From: Candidatus Latescibacterota bacterium
Lineage (GTDB): Bacteria; Latescibacterota; UBA2968; GCA-2709665
DNA: 64,000 nt
Assembly: GCA_965116875.1 (NCBI GenBank)
Contig: OZ220733.1
Span: forward strand, 3,584,001 to 3,648,000
Reading direction: 5' to 3'
Under the pieces are notes generated by a model. It worked only from the letters and a program-made list of their open reading frames with translations. It was not told where the DNA came from and did not search any database. Every line of letters starts with the position of its first letter. Within the stretch, counting starts at the first letter, position 1. Position numbers and translations under genes: made by a program. This document shows, piece after piece, positions 59,025 to 64,000 of the stretch.

Positions 59025-59444
59025 TCAGGGCGATGCTTCCTGGGGTTCGCCGGCTCCGACTTCCTCTGTCTCGGCTGCCGGCGAAAACTCGTTGTCGTTA
59101 CCGGCGGTACACTTGCCCCTTATGATGGCGCCTTCTTCGACAACGATCGAACGCGCGGCGATATCTCCGGAAAAAACGGCGCTGGCTTCCAGCTTGACAC
59201 TGCCATCGGCTTCAAGATTTCCCGAGACTTCCCCGCCGATGACCGCGTCTCTTACCCTGAGGATTTCAGCTTCGACCTTTCCGGAAGGCCCGATGACGAG
59301 GGTGCCGGAGGCATGTAACTCGCCCTTGAGGGTCCCGTCCAAACGGATACTCTCTTCGGATTTTACAGAACCTTCCATTACCGTGTCTTTGCCAATCACC
59401 GTTTTGATGGCTTCCTTTTCCAGCTTCTGTTTGAACCCTAACAT
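59025..59444 (-). CDS. Bactofilin (polymer-forming cytoskeletal protein)
   Basis: TVIGKDTVMEG...IRLDG...LVIGPSGKVEA...VEEGAIIRG. Confidence 0.92.
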   Translation of the reverse strand: MLGFKQKLEKEAIKTVIGKDTVMEGSVKSEESIRLDGTLKGELHASGTLVIGPSGKVEAEILRVRDAVIGGEVSGNLEADGSVKLEASAVFSGDIAARSIVVEEGAIIRGKCTAGNDNEFSPAAETEEVGAGEPQEASP

Positions 59445-59445
59445 T

Positions 59446-59910
59446 TCAATGCCCGCTTGAGCGTGTTTCCCTCGTTTCTGGTGTCTGAGAATTCAACCGG
59501 TTTTGCGCTTCGCTGCCGAACGCCGGCACGCCTTCCTTTCCATTCCCCTCGGTGAGCGCCGCTGGACCGGTATTCGGGTATGCTGTCGGCGCCGATCCGG
59601 AATCGGGCAATAACATGTTACGCAGTTTCTGATCGGTTCCCTGGATTCGCTTCAGGGCGAGCGCCAGTTCTTCCACCCGGGCGACTTCCGCGTGCAGCCT
59701 TCTGTTTTCTCCCGTGAGCGCGCGCGCCGTCTGCCTCCACTCCTGAATCTTCCAGATGAAGGCGAATTCAACAGCCAGCATGACAAGAAACAGGAGAAGC
59801 GCGCCGGCTGCCACCCTCAGCTGCCAGTAGCCGAGTTTCAACACGACTGTACGGGAACCGTCATCGGGAACAAACAGGACCGACGTCTGCCTGCGTTTTC
59901 GTGTGGGCAC
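59446..59910 (-). CDS. Membrane-anchored coiled-coil protein resembling the N-terminus of bactofilin-associated M23 peptidases
   Basis: SVLFVPDDG, TM, coiled coil, DQKLRNML; no M23 HxxxD/HxH motifs. Confidence 0.55.
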   Translation of the reverse strand: MPTRKRRQTSVLFVPDDGSRTVVLKLGYWQLRVAAGALLLFLVMLAVEFAFIWKIQEWRQTARALTGENRRLHAEVARVEELALALKRIQGTDQKLRNMLLPDSGSAPTAYPNTGPAALTEGNGKEGVPAFGSEAQNRLNSQTPETRETRSSGH

Positions 59911-60169
59911 GCAATTCGTCTCCTATTCGGATGATTTCGATTGCCACCGGGCGACAGGCCAAGCCGCAGGCTCCCGTATCTACCGGATGACGCAAAGCCG
60001 AAAATTTACCCGGATTCCGTTTTTGAACCGATCCCGCCTCCGCGACGGTACTCTATTGAGGTTAGGCTCCATGCCCGGCTTTGTCAAGAGGTTTACGACC
60101 CGGGCGCCGCGGGTGGGCGGAATCAGATTCCACGAAAGCGGCGTGGCGATCGAACCCCCGGACTGGCGT

Positions 60170-60331
60170 CTATGCACGTCTTTGCAGCAGCCAGCCGGCC
60201 AGAAAAATCAAGCCGCCGATGATGGCAAGGCGCAGCTCCCGGCCAATGTCTTCTTCGTACAGGCCGACGAACAGGCCGTATCCCATGTAGATCAGACCCG
60301 CGAGTTGAAGGGTGCGAGCAAGCAGACGCAT
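60170..60331 (-). CDS. Small two-TM membrane protein
   Basis: MRLLARTLQLAGLIYMGYGLFVG...IIGGLIFLAGWLLQ; RBS GAGG. Confidence 0.6.
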   Translation of the reverse strand: MRLLARTLQLAGLIYMGYGLFVGLYEEDIGRELRLAIIGGLIFLAGWLLQRRA

Positions 60332-60608
60332 TTGACACCTCGTCCCCGCCTCCACCCGTCTCGTACGAATCCGGGTTGTCGAAACCGGGGAAGGCTTCCG
60401 ATATCTATCGAGACATTAAGAACTCGATGCCTTGCAGTCAATAGTTCATGTCAGCAGTGCGGCGGAATCCTGAGAGGCAAATGTTAAAGCCGACATCCGA
60501 AGACATCGGCTTTTCGTTTCGCAATCCGTGCGCTGTATTGATTTCCGGCCACCCTGTTCCCGATTGCACGGGGGAATTGACGGGGACGTGGCACGTAGAG
60601 AGGCGTGA

Positions 60609-61073
60609 CTAAAATGCCTTGTTGAGATTCAGGCGAACGCCTCGGGTCTTGAGGTCGCCGTTGACGGCTACGCCTATGCCCTTCATTTCGACGAGATTGG
60701 CGTTCTTTTCAGGGGGCGGAAGCTCCTCGCCTTCATCGGAAAGGAAGAGATGGACCGAGTATGCCAGGGTGCCCAGGCCGAGTCCGAGCATGATGGCGGC
60801 CCTGGTGTCGTCGGACTTGCTCTCGTTGTAAAGGTCTCCGGCGGTCTGGGAGGATGTCGCCGCTCTGTACTGTTCGAATGCGTTGTTCGCGTCCTTCCTG
60901 GAAGCGTGCGCCTCCGTGAAGAACCAGATGCTCGCCCCCAGCGAGAGCGCGCCATAGAACTTTTTGGAATAGAGGAAGTCCTTCGTTTTCTGCTGTGCCT
61001 TCGCGGGGACGGCTGAAACAAGAATCGCGATGACGGCGAGGGCGAGCGCGAAGGCACGTTTTCGGCTGTCCAT
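60609..61073 (-). CDS. Hypothetical exported/membrane protein
   Basis: Signal peptide ending AKA, two hydrophobic segments, C-terminal beta strand ending in F; RBS GGAGG. Confidence 0.65.
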   Translation of the reverse strand: MDSRKRAFALALAVIAILVSAVPAKAQQKTKDFLYSKKFYGALSLGASIWFFTEAHASRKDANNAFEQYRAATSSQTAGDLYNESKSDDTRAAIMLGLGLGTLAYSVHLFLSDEGEELPPPEKNANLVEMKGIGVAVNGDLKTRGVRLNLNKAF

Positions 61074-61116
61074 GAGTCCTCCGGATATCGAATGGCGCTT
61101 TACATTGTCTGTCGCT

Positions 61117-62493
61117 TCATTCGTCGGCTTGAACAAGCGACCCCCCTACGTGCTGTTCCAGTTGAGCCAATTCGATCTGATACTGGAATCTGTCCTGCAC
61201 CAGCTGGTTGCGGGCCGAGAAGAGCTGTAGCTGCGCCTGCTGACGTTCCAGAAAGGTGCCGCCGCCCAGGTTATACCGCTGGTCCTGAAGTCTGAAGTTT
61301 TCTTCAGTGGCTTTCACCGCGGCTTCGTTCGCGGTTATGCTTCGCCGCAGCCGTTCGAGGTTCAGGAACGACAGCCTGATATCCATGGCCTGCTGCCGTT
61401 TTGCCTGGTCCAGCTGCTCCCGGCTCCTCAGGTACTCCAGCTTCTGGATTTTGACGGTGTTTACGGTATTCAAACCGTTGAATATGGGGATCCTGACACT
61501 GATACCCGCGTTGTACGAATAATTCTTGACGAAGAGATCGCTCACGCCGGCGAAACTGTCGCCCTGGTTCAATCGCCAACTGTACCCTGCACTGCCCGTA
61601 ACCGACGGAAAGCGAACATTGTATTTGGTGGCTTTCAGCGCATCCCTGCTCGCGAGCATTCTGTGTCGTTGCGCCAGGATCTGGGGGCTTCCCTTTTCCG
61701 CCCGTTCCAATGACTCCCGGTACGTGATGGGCGGCGGCGAGACCGAAAACGTCTTCTCAGTCGGCGAAATGTTGACATCGGGACTCAGCCCGAGGGAAAA
61801 CCCAAGTTGGGCGCGTGCGATGGCAACGTCGTTTTCCCTGGCGATCAGCGCCACGCGATCGCCTGCCAGTTGAGACTCTGCGCTCAGGACGTCCGCGATC
61901 GTGCGGGAGCCGATTTCATACATCGTTTTTTCGCGCCGCAGGCTCTCCTCCGAAACGCTTACCTGTTCTTTGGCCAGGTCGAATTGCTCGATTCTCTGCA
62001 GGAGGGTGAAATATCGCTGCTTCACCTGGAACGTGGTCTGCTGCCGGCTTACCGAGAGGTCCATCTCCGCTGCCCGCGCCGTCTTCTTGTTTGCCGCAAG
62101 ATTCGCGAAAGTCGCGGCATTGAAGATGGAGATGCTCAGGGACGAACCTACGGATTGAGACCCGCCCACGCGGTCTTCGCCCAGCGTTGTGATGATTGTT
62201 TGCGTGGTCTGGTCGAAGATGGCGCCTTCCCTGGGGCCCGTGATGCTTCTCGAAAGACCGTAGTTGCTGCTCAACTGCGGCAGAAAGCTGTTACGACTCT
62301 GGTCGATTCTCGCGACCGCGATTTCCCGCGAAAAACGGGACTGGGCGATTTCAGTGTTGTTGGCCAGCGCGATTTCGATGCATTCTGAGAGGCTGAGATG
62401 CATGTCTTTGGTTGTCGTTTCCTCCGCCGCGACCGGCGTGGAGAGGACTGCGGCAATGGTGAAAAGCAGCGCTGTTTTCAGCACGTATGACAT
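61117..62493 (-). CDS. TolC-family outer membrane efflux protein
   Basis: Signal peptide; LSLSECIEIALANN; two OEP repeats (YEIGSRTIADVL and YNLGGGTFLE). Confidence 0.9.
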   Translation of the reverse strand: MSYVLKTALLFTIAAVLSTPVAAEETTTKDMHLSLSECIEIALANNTEIAQSRFSREIAVARIDQSRNSFLPQLSSNYGLSRSITGPREGAIFDQTTQTIITTLGEDRVGGSQSVGSSLSISIFNAATFANLAANKKTARAAEMDLSVSRQQTTFQVKQRYFTLLQRIEQFDLAKEQVSVSEESLRREKTMYEIGSRTIADVLSAESQLAGDRVALIARENDVAIARAQLGFSLGLSPDVNISPTEKTFSVSPPPITYRESLERAEKGSPQILAQRHRMLASRDALKATKYNVRFPSVTGSAGYSWRLNQGDSFAGVSDLFVKNYSYNAGISVRIPIFNGLNTVNTVKIQKLEYLRSREQLDQAKRQQAMDIRLSFLNLERLRRSITANEAAVKATEENFRLQDQRYNLGGGTFLERQQAQLQLFSARNQLVQDRFQYQIELAQLEQHVGGSLVQADE

Positions 62494-62804
62494 ACCGGGC
62501 GCTCCTGTAATCATCTGAACTCCTGCAGGCTTTTTCGAACTCATGCAGATAGACGTACAACCGGAAAGCGGGGACGCCGGATCGACTCTCCTCGACACCA
62601 ACACGACCGGCCCGACGCCGGCCATTCATTTAGACAGCACGAATTGAGAAAAGTTACGGAAAAACTGCCTCGCGCCGCTGTCGACGGAATAAAAAGAAAA
62701 CAGAATTCTGCGGAAAAGGAAAGCGAAAACTTCCGTGTATTCGAACACCGAACCGTCGCGGCGGCGTGGGATCGGAGGCTGTGCGCCGGTACCCCGTGGG
62801 GGCG

Positions 62805-64000
62805 TCAATCCCCTCGATCCAGGAGTGAATAGACGGTTGGGATGACGATGAGCGTGAGCGCGGTGGAACTGATGAGCCCGGCAACAACGGTAATGGCCAT
62901 GGGGGTGCGAATTTCAGATCCCTCGCCCAGGCCCAGCGCCATGGGAAGGAGTCCCAGAACGGTGGTTGCAGTGGTCATCAGAATCGGTCGCAGCCGCACC
63001 GAGCCGGCCTGTACGATCGCGTCGGTCCTGGACCGGCCGTTGGCCCGCAGGTGGTTGATGTAATCGACAAAGACAATGGCGTTGTTTACGACGATTCCGG
63101 CCAGCATGATCAGGCCCAGGAAAACCACGACGCTGAAAGAGATGCCGGTTACGTAGAGCGTGAACAGCACGCCGATCAGGGCCAGTGGAATCGTAAATAT
63201 GATGACGAAGGGATGGACGAAGGATTCAAACTGGGAGGCCATGACGATGTAGACCAGAAAGACCGCAAGACAGAGTGCGAAGATCAGGCTCTGCAGCGAT
63301 GTCTGCATCTCGCGGTTCTGGCCTCCGATGACGAAGGACACGTCCGCGGGGATGTCGACTTTCTCCAGGGCCCGCTGGATCAGCCCCGTTGCGGTTCCCA
63401 GATCGATGCCGGCGACGTTTGCGGAAACCAGCACCGCGCGCTGTTGGTCGATGCGCCGGATCTCGCTGGGGCCCTCCCGCACCTGGATGTCGGCCACGGC
63501 GGAAAGATAGATCGGGGCTTCGCCCTCCGGGTTGACGACCAGGCGTTTCAGATCCGACACTCCGGACCGATCGGATTCGTCCACGCGAACGAGGACATCG
63601 ATGCGGCGGTCGGCCTCTCTGAAGCGGGTGACCACGTCTCCCTGCACTTTTTCCCGGACCAGCGTGGCAACGCTTCGCAGATTGAGGCCATAGGATGCGA
63701 GCAGGTCTCGCCTGTAGACGATCTGTACTTCCGGACTCCCCCGCTGGAGGCTGGACTTCACGTCGTACAACCCTGGAATTCCTGAAAGGGCGAGTTCCAC
63801 GTCCCGTCCCAGCCTTGCGAGGTCATCCAGATCGTAGCCTCGAATCTCCAGCTCCACCGGCGTCTTGAACGTAAACATCGCCGGCCGGGAAAAATCCACG
63901 GTGACCTGCGGGAGATCGCTGAGACTGTCCCGCAGCCGGGACATGAGGTCCGCCTCTCGTTTTGCCAGAAACGTATTGCCGGAAATACCCGACCAGACTC
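62805..64000 (-). CDS. RND (AcrB-family) efflux permease, partial
   Basis: The frame is open to the window end; ASQFES, GIVVNNAI, RLRPILMT, GLLPMAL. Confidence 0.93.
   Translation of the reverse strand, partial: VWSGISGNTFLAKREADLMSRLRDSLSDLPQVTVDFSRPAMFTFKTPVELEIRGYDLDDLARLGRDVELALSGIPGLYDVKSSLQRGSPEVQIVYRRDLLASYGLNLRSVATLVREKVQGDVVTRFREADRRIDVLVRVDESDRSGVSDLKRLVVNPEGEAPIYLSAVADIQVREGPSEIRRIDQQRAVLVSANVAGIDLGTATGLIQRALEKVDIPADVSFVIGGQNREMQTSLQSLIFALCLAVFLVYIVMASQFESFVHPFVIIFTIPLALIGVLFTLYVTGISFSVVVFLGLIMLAGIVVNNAIVFVDYINHLRANGRSRTDAIVQAGSVRLRPILMTTATTVLGLLPMALGLGEGSEIRTPMAITVVAGLISSTALTLIVIPTVYSLLDRGD

Overview
GC-rich bacterial chromosomal window (GC roughly 60% by eye), mostly housekeeping. 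Gene types such as a GWxTD-like C-terminus, a DUF4292-like lipoprotein and a long IspH suggest an FCB-superphylum lineage such as Ca. Latescibacterota or Gemmatimonadota; this is inference only. Contents in order: purF, rnr, a signal-peptide Ni-SOD, CIRCE-groES-groEL, moeZ-mrp-iscS-ftsY-parBA-ppdK, tRNA-Lys(TTT), a sulfur operon (cysH, [higB remnant, higA, higA], cysM, mec, cysO, Rrf2/CymR, cysK) with a palindromic operator, rpsT, an FKBP with a duplicated N-domain, four oxidoreductases, pyrH-like-purD-purE, a ybdK/M20 pair, a lysine riboswitch ahead of dapA-pckG-dapB-transaldolase-like, an M16 pair, ispH, dut, a cluster with an M28-peptidase/AAC(3)-acetyltransferase fusion, hflX, bactofilin, TolC and a partial RND pump. 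No transposase, integrase, CRISPR array or rRNA was seen. Several small repeat families are present: two MITE families (one abutting stop codons), a 33-bp palindrome that also sits in-frame inside a gene, heptamer and octamer arrays, and a ~165-bp tandem duplication. Best leads: the hydrolase-acetyltransferase fusion cluster, PEPCK and an atypical transaldolase behind a lysine riboswitch, a capped (GG-RC) ubiquitin-like sulfur carrier with its JAMM protease, and the coding-competent palindrome. All family assignments come from motif recognition by eye; no database searches were run.
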